Shown here: piece after piece, positions 35,779-48,685 of the stretch
How positions within the stretch are numbered: position 1 is the first letter of the stretch
Layout of the letters: each line of letters starts with the position of its first letter
From: Amoebophrya sp. A120
Taxonomy: Eukaryota > Protista > Dinoflagellata
Direction: 5' to 3'
Assembly: GCA_905178155.1 (NCBI GenBank)
Contig: CAJINV010000024.1
Span: 181,964 to 245,963, forward strand
DNA: 64,000 nt
Program-made: the position numbers and the translations under genes
Notes under the pieces: model-generated
What the model was told of the DNA's origin: nothing
Databases searched by the model: none
The model's input: only the letters and a program-made list of their open reading frames with translations

Positions 35779-36737
35779 TTTGAAGAAACTATGCAGCGGC
35801 CGACAATTCGGCAGCGAGAGTGACAGGAGAGGAAAACTCAAACTACGATGAAGTACACCTACTTCAAAGCAAAGTGTTCAAAACTCATATCTTTTCCATG
35901 TTTTAATATTTATAGTTCCCCAAAACTGATGATGCGCTCTTTCGGGCGCCACGTGTAAGTACTTAGAACGGCGTGGATTCGTGTAGCGACCTCTACAACT
36001 CCACCGCCCTCATGCCATAGTCTCTCGTCTAAGGCGCTCTGATGAAAAATATTTCGGTTTCCCACGATGGATTCAGACTCTCGCGTGATAACGTTCGGTG
36101 ACCTCACTACAACTCCAACCTCAAAGAAGAAGAACGAACACTGCGCAAATATGAAAGATGTCAAAAAATGGCACTACCAAGCCGACAATAGTTAGAAGTG
36201 AACTGAAGTGAGAAGGAAGGTGGAGCTCAAGGTCAATACAAAGCAGAACTCATTTAGAAATCAATATCGGCTCGTGCAATGCGGATCGCATTGAAGTACT
36301 TGTTTCGGAAGGCCTCGCTTACACGCAGCTTTGTGTCTTTTTCTTAAGTACTCAATTACAATTTACTTGAGGTATATAACTTTGAATTCTCCGTTGCATA
36401 AACCGTTGCGCAAGTCTGACCTTCGCCAACAGGTTTCTAATCAAATGAAGAATTGGCACATCATCGGCCGAGCAATCGAGTCAAACATGGGCTGCAGCTG
36501 CAAGTCCTTCGACAACATAAACAAGATGTATCTACTTCTTCCTAGACTTGTTAACCTTTGTGTTCTTCAGATGATCCCTTTTTTGGTCTTCACCTCAAAG
36601 AACCACCATCGCCATGCAGCCCCTCGTGCTTGACCGCGGCTGCTAGTTGACTCAGGGTCCTGGAATCAAGTAGCGGAGGGCGACAAAGCTGCGTCGCGCA
36701 ACAGCAGCTCGGCTAAACTTTACACAGGAGCAAAGCC

Positions 36738-39700
36738 TACGGCGACACGTAAAGAAGTATCCTCCGGAAAAGCACACCACCTATGATGAGGGTTTTTCGT
36801 AAAAACGAATTTTGTTCTTGTCCGTTCAGCATCACAAAATTTCTCGATGCCTCTCGTTCTCGCGCTCTGATCCCTTTTCCGCACTACAGCAAGGCAGGTT
36901 TTCACCCCACTTGCGGATCAGCATCACAAAGCTTTCATTCTTTCCGGGCGTTTATGTTTTCGAGGCTTACCCGCTGTACACAACAAATAACGATATGCAG
37001 CTTGCACTTTGTTTTTCCTTGTAGGGGCGTGCATCTCGGTAGGATAAGAACCTGGGTCGGGTCGTCCTGCGTGGCCCCCGCACCGGTGATCTCCCCCTGC
37101 CTCTTTGTCTGGATCTGGTCCTGCAGCGCAGCGGCTGTTTGTCTGAAGGTTTCCATGTATCCAATGCAAATATGTCTGGGTCTAAAAATTTTTTTTGCTG
37201 ATTTGTGGCCAATCCCAAAAACGCGAGCAACCATGGCCGTTATTTTTGGGACACTATGCAGGACCTATTCCGCATATACAAGACGCAGCTTTGCGACATA
37301 TGCACGCTGCGGCGCTCTCGCAGAACAAGCATCGCAGGCTCTACAGGTACCTAGAGCCACGCCAGACAAGAACCTCACATTCGCACTGCTATTCCAGACC
37401 AAGACTACAAATTTGTCGTGGATACGCCGTTCTCCTGCATTATTCTTCTTACCTCCTCCACCTGGGTTTTCGTGGCTAAGCCGTCCGGTTTATCGTAACG
37501 GAAAGACACACCTCTCCTTTTTACTCAGAGCCCGACTTGTATTGCGCTATTTCTCAGAACTTGTTCACTCCGTCTGGTACGGGTGTTGCGAAAACTAGGC
37601 AGAGCAACCCAAGATCTTATTTCGCTCTACCAAGCGCTCCCTGCGATGGCTAAGAATGACTGCGGGGTAACTAAGTACCCAAGCGAAAAGGCAAACTACC
37701 TCGCCAATGCGGTGGGAAGCTGTAGCTTTGCTTTGTGCATACAACAAACGAGTTGGAATTTTTCAACACTACCACTGCAAAGCCCCGCAATGCAAGTTTT
37801 TTCGTTTGAGGACGGCGGGGTGGTGTTTTCCTCTCGATAAAGCTGCTCCCGCACCCTCTTCGTCTCCTCTTGCACCCTGCTGACGTCGCTTTTCGTGGCC
37901 AGCTCGGCGACCTTCGCGCCTAGCTGCTCCGCGACGGCCTGCGAAATGAGCCGCTTCAACTCGTCGCGCTCCACCGTAATCTGGGACTCGGGCTTCCATC
38001 TGAGGCCGATCCACGACAGCGGAGACCACTCGAAGTCGAGCACCACGAGGTTCCCGAGCATGGCGACGAAGACGACGATCAGGACAATGAAGAATTTGCG
38101 CGAGGTGTCCTGAGTAAAAACGTACCCACACCAGAGTCAGGATGGGGATTTTGCAACACAAACCTAGAAGGAGCTTTGTGAGTCACGCAAGACAAGTTGC
38201 GCCCTGCAGTGTAGTGCAGGTTAGCAAGAGCAGCCGCATCACAGATTCATCTGCTCATCCTGTTCATAGCATCACAAATTCCAAAACACGATTGGCAATG
38301 GCTCTCATGGGGATGCGCATTGCAAGTCTTCCTGTTTGCAAATCTGCATTACAACTCTGGTGTGGGGACGTTTTTACTCAGGATACGAGGTGAGGTTCCA
38401 CAAGAACGCGGCGGTTGCTCCGTGCGCCGCGTTTTTCGCGTCCTCTCCGGCTTTGACGACCGCAGCAACCCCTGCGCTCTCCGCTGCGACCACTTTCGCC
38501 TTTCCGTCCTCAATATGCATATGCACACGCGTCTGGGTCTGGGAGACTGCTAGATTTGTCATGCTAGTCTGGCATGAACTTGAGCTCTGTAGTTGTCCTG
38601 CGTGGCCGCGAAAAGCTCCTCTTCGATCTGTCATCCAAATACGCACTTTATTCTCATGCGGACTACACAACACAGACCCACGAAAACAGCTGTCATGCTC
38701 GACGGCGCATTTTCAATACAGCGTGCTTTCTTTTCACTGACATGCATCACAAGTTCCCAAACGACCGGACATGTTTGCAGCTGATACTCTCCCGCTTTTT
38801 CCACTTCGCCTTTCCTGGCTTGTCCCTCCGCCGCCAACAGTTTGGTGCTCGTCTTATTCTGTGTAAAAACGCCCCCGCCCCATGGTCAGAGTGGGGATTC
38901 TGCTACACAAATCCACCAGGTTTGGCTGTCGAGCATGACAAGTTTAGGATCGTAGTGTACTAGTCCTGTTTAGCTAGTGCACACGCATGACAAATTGACG
39001 TCCTTATCTTTGTTCCAGCACAGCGAGCTACTAGATACGCATTTAAAACTGGCTCTCATGGGGCTGCGCATGAGAGACGTTTTAGGCCTGCAGATTTGCA
39101 GGACGACTCTGGGGAGAGAAAGTTTTTCCACAGAATACGTCTCCTGCATTGCTTTGACCGCATTGGTTCCTGCGCTTGCGGCGGTCTTTAGTGCCTCGAG
39201 CCCTGTGTCCTGCGCTGTCACTACTGCCGTGATGCCTACATCCTATGCATTGCAAATATGTCTGCGTCTACAAGCCTGTGATGCTATTTTCTGAATGGCG
39301 GGCGCACTGCAATACGCAGCCACGCATGACAAGTCTCTGGGCCCCCTTGTGTTTCGCTTTCCGCATGGCAAACTGCATTTTTGCATGACAGGCGGGAGGC
39401 CTTTTTGTTTTTCGTTCTTTTGCTGCTCACGCATATAGCATTACAGATTCAAAAGTCCTGCGGGACAAGCATATCAAACTTGCATTTTTCCAGACCCAGA
39501 CATGTTTGCACTTGATACATCCTGCGCTGTCGCGACTGCGTCGGTGGCGGTCTGTTGCGCTGTTGCGACCGCACTGGTAGCAGCCGCCTGCGTCCTTTTC
39601 ATATGCAAAAGCAAAAGTGCGAAGTGTGACCTTCTACTCAGACTGAAGCAGTGTAATCGCGGTAGCCGCATTGGCGATCCATGACCATAAAAGTAGAATA

Positions 39701-42621
39701 CTGGTGGCGACGCAAGTGCCAGCAATACACGGAACGTTGAGTCGTGGTCTTCTGCACCTGTGCAGTCCACTCCCTCCCGCACAGATCCAAGTCCAACATA
39801 AGAAGTGTAAGTATGGTGTTCCACTTATGCGTTCCACTACGAAGATCATATTGAAAATAGTAGTCAAGTAAGTCAAGTAAACACACTTTTTTTTGTTCGA
39901 TAGTCCACCAGCTGCTTGGCCTCGGTCTGCGCGGCTCGCACGACACTTTCTGCGTCGGTCTGCCTGGCCCGAATGTCGGCCAGCACCTCCCTCTTCGCCT
40001 TCGCCGCCTGTTCTTCAAACGTGCTCGACAGCTTCTCCAGTTCCGTCTTTGCGTGCTGCTGAAGGGCCGAAACCGCCGCTTCTGACGCTTTGTCGAGGTC
40101 CCCGAGACTTTCCTGCACCGTTTTTTCGATCTGTCCGGCCAGGGTTGCACCCCGGACCTCGCCCTCGTGCTCGGGCGACGCGAGCCAGCCAGTTTGATGC
40201 AAGTGTAACTGGTGGCCACCGGCGGCAGGCGCATCCCCGACCGCGAACCCTGCATCCGCTTCTCCGGCCGTTGGTACCGCCGAGTGGTCCAATCCCGCGT
40301 GTTGAAGGTCCCGCTTCACCTCGAGGACGCACATGTCGATAAGAGATGTCATGGTATGGCGGAAAGTGGCTCGCAGACTGTCGCACACCCGGTCGTCGAA
40401 AGTGTCCGTAGGCAGCTTCACCGAGGTATCAACGGAAGACAAATGCATCTGGGTCAGGAGAGTGATGGCGCGACGTACTTGTGTTTACACAGACATCTGT
40501 GTAAAACTTCATCTTGCATCATGAGCTCCAATAAATGAAGTTGCAGCACGCTTCTGGTTTTCTACAAAGATACGAGGTTAACAAATAATATTCGTATGCG
40601 GGACACCAGGCATGTCAAGACCTACGAAGAGGCTGTACTTTGCATGCGTAACCGCCCAAAAAAAAAGGATGACAATTATAGTAAGAACTGCACTTCTGCT
40701 CCAGAAGACCCAGTCGGAAAAAAATTTGCAGTGGATACGAGACGAGGTCCACCAACTCCTCCGGCACCGCGTTGGGAGCTCCATCAGACATTGAGGAGGA
40801 GGAACTACTAGTCCCCGCCCCGATCGGCGGACGACCGTTGTGGAGCGCGGCGACCGCTTCTATCAAAAGGAAAAGCCACCCTTTCCCATGTCGAGAACGA
40901 AATTTGTGATGCTGTATTTTTTGCGTCCACAAATCGGATTTGTGTTACTGGAGAGGACTGCAGGCCCCTACCGAGCATAAGACGAGCGCTTTTTGTCTAG
41001 GGGCTTAGCATGAAAAACCGCCTATCAGCATGAGCATGACAAACCGCCTGCATAAGGCGGCGGGGCCTGTGGAGTTGCCTTCTTGCAAGACAGATGCGAT
41101 TGGTGGCCACATATCAGCAACACAAATTTTCGAAAACGCACCTGATCAATATGGGGAGGGGGGATTTTTCCTTTTGATACCTTCCGCGTGCTTGATACTG
41201 GCTCGAATGCTCTGGTGCAGGTTGTCCAGGAGCGACTCGTAATCCGTCAGGTGGCCCGCGCACAACCGCCGGAACTTTTGGGCGAAAGTATTCGCTGCCT
41301 GCTCGATCGATGCGCTCCTGGTGTCGGTGTGCAAGTCCTCGAAAATAGCGCCCGCCCATCGATTGGAAATATGTGTGTGTGTGTCGGGAAAAATGCAAGC
41401 AACTTTGTCATGCACATTTTGCATGACCCAGCATCACAGATTTTGAAGTAAGGCTTTCTTGATACATCTACTAGTGCCCTTATTATGTCTTTGCGCATCA
41501 TGATTAGACGTTCCCATACTGGAGTTCTTTTGCTGCTCATGCACATGCAATACAGATTTCTATAGAATCCAAAGGCAGCATGACAACTTGCACTCTTCCA
41601 GACCCAGACAACTACATATGCGCAATGCATATTGCCGGATCTTCGCTTATTGCTGCCCGCCGGTCTGCGATGGCCTGTACAGCGACTGCCACTCCCCGGT
41701 CCAAGTCGCGGAGCCGCGAAAGGCTACTGGTCACCTGAGACGATTCATGTAAGACTTTCTTCGATAACTCACCTTTTGTCTTACTCGTAGGAACTGAAAT
41801 GGTTATTGCATTTGAGAACAAATAGATGAGGCGGGAAAAGAGCATAAGTACTTAGTGTCGTCCGGCTATACAGTGTTGCGTATCCATTTCCACGACGGGC
41901 TAAATTTTTCTCATCTTTGGAAATCCTTTAAAAATGTACTTACGAGTTAGAGTACGTTCTCTGCCTGCAGTGTGTCCTTGACGGTATTGAAGTGGTCCCG
42001 AAACTTGCGGTCGTACCCCTGGAACCGGCGGTCGTACTTGGCCAGCACTTCCATCAGACTCTTGTACACGTTACCGTGAAACTGCAGTCTGCCGTCTCTT
42101 TCCTCATCGTCTGCGTCGATTACCGAGTCGCTTTCACTAGACCCGGCATCTTCCCCCGTACTGAGATCCCACTTTTCGATGATGTCTTCCATCCGCTTCA
42201 ACAGTTTGGACAACTCGGTCGCACTGTACGTGAGGAACTGGCCCGTCTCACTTTTGACCGCCAAGGCCAAGCTGCCAGGTCCTTCGGTGTAAAACAACCG
42301 CTGCTCCTCCTCCTCGGCGACGGTTCGGGCGGCCCCTGGCTGCGAAACGGACGGCGAACCTGCGCCGGCGGAGGACCTCGCGACGCCCGCCTCGAAATCG
42401 ATCGCGTCCCGCATGTCGCTCGCAGACCCCAAGTCGCGCACCAGGTTCGCGGCCTGCTGCTTCACCTGTATCGCTGCTTGCACCTCCGCGCGCGATGGCA
42501 GAGTCGAAGATGCGTTTACGTTGTCCAATGGCTGTCCCGCGTGCGACGAAGACGACGTTGAATTGGCGCCCGCAGAGGACGACTTCGATGTGGCAGCCGG
42601 GAGTTGTGCTGTGGACGACAT
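36738..42621 (-). CDS. hypothetical coiled-coil protein with a C-proximal TM helix; 11 introners plus an unresolved intron
   Basis: MSSTAQLPAATSK...; Ala/Glu/Lys-rich exons join in frame; TM-like KFFIVLIVVFVAMLGNLVVL. The intron at ~41785-41955 and the stop position are uncertain. Confidence 0.7.
36758..37046. mobile_element. introner
   Basis: tatcctccggaaaagcac / gtgcatctcggtaggata; DR agaag/agaac. Confidence 0.8.
37158..37424. mobile_element. introner, family A (diverged)
   Basis: tatcca / tggata; DR decayed ccatg/cgccg; frame restored on removal. Confidence 0.75.
37491..37839. mobile_element. introner (diverged)
   Basis: tatcgtaacggaaagacac / gtgttttcctctcgata; DR decayed; frame restored (EQL|DG). 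Confidence 0.75.
38106..38385. mobile_element. introner, family B
   Basis: DR cgagg/cgagg; reverse-complement homologue of 5795-6077. Confidence 0.9.
38514..38786. mobile_element. introner, family A (diverged)
   Basis: TAT/ATA ends; DR ctcaa/ctctc. Confidence 0.8.
38855..39137. mobile_element. introner, family B
   Basis: tattctgtgtaaaaac / gtttttccacagaata; DR cgtct/cgtct. Confidence 0.9.
39244..39517. mobile_element. introner, family A
   Basis: TIRs; DR catcc/catcc. Confidence 0.9.
39602..39902. mobile_element. introner, family F (diverged)
   Basis: tatgcaaaagcaaaagtg / cacttttttttgttcgata; DR tttca/gtcca; frame restored. Confidence 0.75.
40442..40737. mobile_element. degenerate introner
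   Basis: Right end tttgcagtggata is clear, left end eroded (aatgcat); frame restored (LVS|SVD). Confidence 0.6.
40861..41179. mobile_element. introner, family E
   Basis: tatcaaaaggaaaa / ttttccttttgata; DR gcttc/ccttc; inverted homologue of 16496-16820; predicted intron is GT..AG. Confidence 0.9.
41357..41631. mobile_element. introner, family A (diverged)
   Basis: DR ccgcc/ttgcc; frame restored (DPA|GAIF). Confidence 0.75.
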
Positions 42622-43995
42622 GACAACGAGAACGAACACTACAGGAACAGGATCGCAAAAATAATCAAAACCGCAGTATGTATAACGATCCTCAACGAAA
42701 ATAAAAGTACCCGTGGACAACACCAATGCCAACCTAGATGTAGATAAGAACAAGAAGCGAGTACTAGATCATAAAAGGGATCAACTCTTTCTGTTTTCTT
42801 CAACAACTACTGAAAGGTTACTTACATCAAGGGCAACAGAAAACTTCTTTTCTCGGGGTAGGGAGTCAGCTGCAGGTGGAGCGGATTAGATTCACAAAGA
42901 CAGTGGACCAGGCGCACAACGCGGCGCCGTCACCATCGGTTTGATGAAGCCATCAAGAAGATCAATGACTGTGAACTATGAACAGAAAAAAACACGCCCG
43001 AGCTAAGGGAAAGTCAACTACCGCAATTATTCCGAAAAAACGACAGCGAGAAAGCCGTACTGATGAACAGGAACAAACGAGATCTGCTTAATGCGCAGCG
43101 GCTCAGCAAAGGCAAGCACCATGCTTCTGCCTCTTCCATGACGCGAAGTGCACAATCGAAGCAATTCATTGCAGCTCGATGCCCGAGCGCGAGTAATGAT
43201 CTCGTCCGGTGGTCCGAAAAAAAATCGAGCTTCGCTCACCCGAGCCTCACTTTCAACCTCGAGCGAAACTCAATCTCCGCCGCAGCACGATGAATTAGAT
43301 ACACGCTTGCGAAAATTTTCTTGTGCAGCTTCTCGACCCAGTGCGGCATCAACGAGACTTTTCTAAAAGGATTTTTCGTTTTTTCTCTAAAGTGGTGTAG
43401 GTCATTTAATAGTGTACATTTATTTCTCGTAAAACATAGATATAACCGACGTGCACGTGACAACCAGAAAGCAATGTTTGAATAACCTTCGTGGAATTTG
43501 CTTTTGCCTGCGGTGGGCACCTCTCTATAACTGTGGTCTTGCTATATACTAGACTACGTCACTTAAAACTTTTTTTCCAACGACGTGCGATAATAATCGT
43601 TGGACAGCGACAACGATTTATTGAAGGGCAACTATAATTTTCTGCTTCTGTGAAAACAATTTAAAATACACTGCCACTACCGGCAAATCTAGTAAGTTGG
43701 AATCGACGAAACGGTGATGTGAAAAGGGAATTATACTGTGTAGCTTTTGACATAAGAAGAAATGGCCCAGATTGACACTGTCCAGAATGATTTGTCGTGA
43801 GGTTCTTAGTACTTGAAGATCTTTCATTCTGTAAAACTATCAACAACAACACCAATGTAAAAGATAAATTTGGAAACGCCAACGTATAAGAATCACTGTA
43901 AGAATCTTCAACAAAAAACTTCCTGCTCCGCACACTGGCACTTGCTTCTTGTCCTACTTCTTCATCTCCATCGAAGAAAGCGAAGTGCCTTCCTT

Positions 43996-46986
43996 CTACG
44001 GTGCGGCTCCCTCCGTGAAGCTTGCGGCACCCCCCGCGAAGCTGTCAATCGCCACCTTGCAGTGCTGGACGTACGTGGAGTCCACCTTGGATTCGGCCTT
44101 CGCGACCACGTCCTTATCAAATGTAAAAGTGTCTGGGTATGGAAGATTCTGAGATTTGCCATGCATGTTTTGCATGACCCAGGATGTCTGTAATGCACGA
44201 CCGCGCATCACAGATTTTGAGCGGGCTTCCTGATGCCTACTCCGCATGACAAACGCTCTCCCCGCGTAGCATCAACTAGACTCCTCTTGCTGGTCATGCA
44301 ATACAGATTTTTCTACAGTCCAAACTTAGCATCACAAGTTCCAATCTGCCAGACCCAGACATTTTTACATTTGATAGTCCTTGAGCTGCCGCCATTCCTC
44401 CGCGGAAAGAAATCCGCTCTGGTTCTCAAACAGCGTGGTGAGGGATTGCAGCAGGTGTTTGGTTTTCGAAACGCGCCGGAACGACGGCTCCGGGTACACG
44501 TTGAACAGAGGGTATGGGAGGGTAAACACAACTTTCCACAAAGGGAACTACTTCCCGCGGGTGCTATTTGATGGCACCAGCCAACATTCGAGTGAACAAA
44601 TAAGTTCCGGCTAATTTTACTGTGGGAGTTTGAGTTTATTAGTCGAAGTACATCTTCAATAATGCATTTATTAGCTTCAGGCACTTCGAGCACAAAGTGC
44701 AAAAAAAGCTGCAGCACCCCAGGACTTTTAGCAGGTGAAAAAGATCATGCGCAGAACAAATCCAGCCGTCAGTAATAGGGCAAAATCCTTCTCCTGAAAG
44801 TTGCATCAAGTGGATAGCTTCCGAAACGATTTCACGGCAAAAGCGACCTGGGATTCTCGGTCCAGTTTGAGCACGACCAGTTTCTGCTTCTCAAACTCTT
44901 CCTTGACCTGTTGTGCGAATACTGCATTCGTGTCTTCAGTGATAAGTGCGAGTCCGGTAAAAAAACCTAGCTTCCATCAATAAGATCTAGCATTCAAGTT
45001 GTAGGATCGGAGAACAATGCCAAATTTGTACAACTCAGGCGAGTGTATGCGTACCTTAAACAAATCCCCGACTGCCACGTCCGTTTTTTTCTGCCGCTCG
45101 TTCAGCTTTTCAATCGTCGTGTTCTGGACGGTAAGCTCGGTCTGCACTTCATGCTTGATTTGGTGTTGCGATTCTTGCAGTTGCGCGAATTTTTGGTTAA
45201 GCGCCACAAATATGCTAGCTTCAGGTAAGGAAACGTCAAAACGAGACTCGCCTGTCACGCAGCAGAGAATTCCAGTTTCGACGCCGATAGTAAGCCTGCT
45301 GGCACTAAAAACGAAAAGGTTGTGGAACGAAAGTGCCTAGAGCAATCAACATCTTTCCAACAAACGGCATGTCGAAACGTTTGCTTTTGTATTTCAGAAA
45401 AATTTGTCATGCGCCATCTAGAAATGCTCGGTCCAAAAACTGCGTGGTATCACTTGTGCGATTCACACAGTTTTTTCGTTTTTGACGCTGCCCCCTCTGT
45501 CACTCTGATAACCAGCTCTTCCCGGTGCTCCGCCTGACATTCCTTTAGTGCCTCCTGCACCTATCAACCGCAAATGTGCCTGGGTCTGGAAAACCAGCAA
45601 CCTCTATTGCTCGGCTAGCATGACTGGAAGTGGAAACGGAAAATCTGTATTGCATGACCGACATGAGCGCGACCTCTTTCGTCATGCAAACCCCGCAGGT
45701 CGTAATGCGCGCTCCGCATGAGAAAGTGCCGACAGAAAAATTTGCTATGCTAGAAGGCATGCGAGACGAGGATGCTGAGTCATCACAACCCAGCATCACA
45801 AGTTTCGTTTAGGCCCAGACGCAGTTGCATTTGATAGCACCTTCTCAGCGACGATTTCGCTAATGTAATGCTCGGCCCTACTGTTCAGCATCTCCTGCAC
45901 CCCCGCCGGCGCGCCGGCGTCCACCTCCGCCGTTCCGACGTAGGCCATGGCTTCTTCCATCGGCGTGCCGATCTGTTCCCCCGACGCGGCCAGCAGGTTC
46001 TGTTCCACCGACCCGGCCATGGCTTCTTCCATCGGCGTGCCGATCTGTTCCCCCGACGCGGCCAGCAGGTTCTGTTCCACCGACCCGGCCATGGCTTCTT
46101 CCATCGGCGTGCCGACCTGTTCCCCCGACGCGGCCAGCAGGTTCTGTTCCACCGACCCGGCCATGGCTTCTTCCATCGGCGTGCCGACCTGTTCCCCCGA
46201 CGCGGCCAGCAGGTTCTGTTCCACCGACCCGGCCATGGCTTCTTCCATCGGCGTGCCGACCTGTTCCCCCGACGCGGCCAGCAGGTTCTGTTCCACCGAC
46301 CCGGCCATGGCTTCTTCCATCGGCGTGCCGACCTGTTCCCCCGACGCGGCCAGCAGGTTCTGTTCCACCGACCCGGCCATGGCTTCTTCCATCGGCGTGC
46401 CGACCTGTTCCCCCGACGCGGCCAGCAGGTTCTGTTCCACCGACCCGGCCATGGCTTCTTCCATCGGCGTGCCGACCTGTTCCCCCGACGCGGCCAGCAG
46501 GTTCTGTTCCACCGACCCGGCCATGGCTTCTTCCATCGGCGTGCCGACCTGTTCCCCCGACGCGGCCAGCAGGTTCTGTTCCACCGACCCGGCCATGGCT
46601 TCTTCCATCGGCGTGCCGACCTGTTCCCCCGACGCGGCCAGCAGGTTCTGTTCCACCGACCCGGCCATGGCTTCTTCCATCGGCGTGCCGACCTGTTCCC
46701 CCGACGCGGCCAGCAGGTTCTGTTCCACCGACCCGGCCATGGCTTCTTCCATCGGCGTGCCGACCTGTTCCCCCGACGCGGCCAGCAGGTTCTGTTCCAC
46801 CGACCCGGCCATGGCTTCTTCCATCGGCGTGCCGACCTGTTCCCCCGACGCGGCCAGCAGGTTCTGTTCCACCGACCCGCCGGAGGGCTTCTCTCCAGAT
46901 GGAATCCAGGTAATATCGTCCTTCCCCGCGTCCGGTTCTTCGGCTTTCATAGCCATGTCTCCAGTGTCGCTTAATATCTGTGGCAT
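43996..46986 (-). CDS. hypothetical protein with 13 x 24-aa acidic repeats and a coiled-coil region; 4 introners and at least 1 GT-type intron
   Basis: MPQILSD...(GSVEQNLLAASGEQVGTPMEEAMA)13...EKV|QEALK...EL|VALNQKF...FRK|LFNVYPEP...LKD|VVAK...AAP*. Confidence 0.75.
44115..44376. mobile_element. introner, family A
   Basis: DR gtcct/gtcct; closely similar to 14202-14466. Confidence 0.9.
44513..44816. mobile_element. highly degenerate introner
   Basis: Only tatg / gata ends remain; the boundary rule restores the frame. Confidence 0.55.
45211..45510. mobile_element. degenerate introner
   Basis: tatg / gata ends; DR acaaa/accag; frame restored. Confidence 0.65.
45562..45836. mobile_element. 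introner, family A
   Basis: TIRs; DR gcacc/gcacc. Confidence 0.9.
45943..46878. repeat. 72-bp coding tandem repeat, 13 copies
   Basis: Units identical except one base (Val to Ile) in two copies. Confidence 0.95.
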
Positions 46987-48685
46987 TTCGTTGTGGGGTT
47001 GCACAGCGACGACAGTTTATTTAAGCTTGTTTCGAGTCTGTTCTTCTTCTTACACGAATAGCTTTTGCACTGGCACTTGCCCAAACGGCAAAAAACCAAA
47101 ACCTACTTTTCTGGCATATAATTCGCGCATTATAGAAATCAATGATCGTCGGAGGCAAGAAGAAATTACCTGTGATAAAAGTAAACACATATTGGCTCCG
47201 ACCACTCAATGTAAGCAACGGTGACGAAGGTACAGCTCCCAAGACGAGAAGCCCGCAGCTCCACGATTTTTCCTACGCGACTTCCCTCAGCTTAACGACC
47301 CGAGCTACGAACGAAGCACGATGCACTCACTAAGGTTCGCAACAGATTGAACTTTCAAGGCGTGCATTCCGATCTTGTAGAAACGAGTAAAGGTACGGTA
47401 CTTGTAATTCTTCGCAACATCTACTTTCGACGGACACGGAACAGTCATTCTTTCAGCGAACGCACAGGAAAAGGATCTTTAAAGCACGACAACTCTCGGA
47501 TCTTTAAAATCAGACACCGACCCATGACGAATGAAATCTAGCGCTCGCGGTTGGACCTCCGTATGTCAGCTCGGTACCACGAGCTCTGCTGAAAAGTAAG
47601 GCATCGTGGAAGGCGACCGAATTTACTGGTGTCACAACTCTCACCGTGGCGACAATGTTACTCGGTCACACTGAGCGAATCCATCTTGCAGTAGACCAGA
47701 AATACTTAATCTAAAATATGTTGTTGCACACCGGAAATTAAGGATCGTAGTTGGTGCAGTGACGCCGCGTCTGCCTCCTGAGACAGGCCAGCTTCGCGCG
47801 TTGCGGCCCTTGACTTCCATCTTGGTAAGAATCACTTCCACGTCTGCTGAGTAACACGAAAGCCCCTCATACCACTGAACAAAACGACCAACGCGCTTAT
47901 TTCACAGCCCACCAGAGACTTGCTGCCACCTGCATGGCCCCACCTGGAGGGACTCTGATGATGACGGTGTTACCCAGTGAAGGGACTCTGTCTTTTATTG
48001 AAGAAAAACATAAACATGCGAGCGCGGATTACAAAAGAGATGCCCTTTTCCAGTAAACGTGAGTCTCTGTTTTTCTTGCTGAGAAACTACAAGTCGTGTG
48101 TTTCTCAACTGAGAATAAGATGCCAATGCTAAAAAAAATCAAGCGGTTGGTGGTAAGTAGAACATCGCGCGGATGCAACTTCACGACCCGAAACGTATAG
48201 CTATCTTGGATTTCAAAGACAGCTAGGTGGTTCCTAGTAGCGTACTGCGATTTGCAGCAAGACAACGAGCGGCTTATATATCAGTGTGAAAAACCGCGTA
48301 ATGGCACGATCGCCACAGTTTGCCTGTACTTTATTTTTCTCGTGCAGGTTGTAAGCATTTAGATTTACTTACCCTGACATTAACTATCCAAAGATGATAC
48401 TAGTTGGGATAAACATAAACCCGCGACAAGCGGGGGCGGTTATAGTGCGCAAAGTGGACGGTGTAGGTTGTCAACATCTTTCATCAAAGGCAACTCCCAC
48501 GAGCTTGTTCGTGGACTAGCTGCGGCGTGCTTTCAGTAGAATACTAATTGAAATTGTGTTTTTGCTTGCTAGCACAGGGAGTTTTTTCTAAAAAATGAAC
48601 GAGCTAGCGATCAGTAGAATCGTTGAGTACTTCCACGACGATCCGAAGCAGCCTTCTGGGGTGGTGGGATTGTAGGAGGACGACC

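Noticed and set aside
45868-47224. Plus-strand 368-aa and 425-aa ORFs
   Set aside because: Antisense shadows of the 72-bp coding repeat; only the minus frame joins neighbouring exons.
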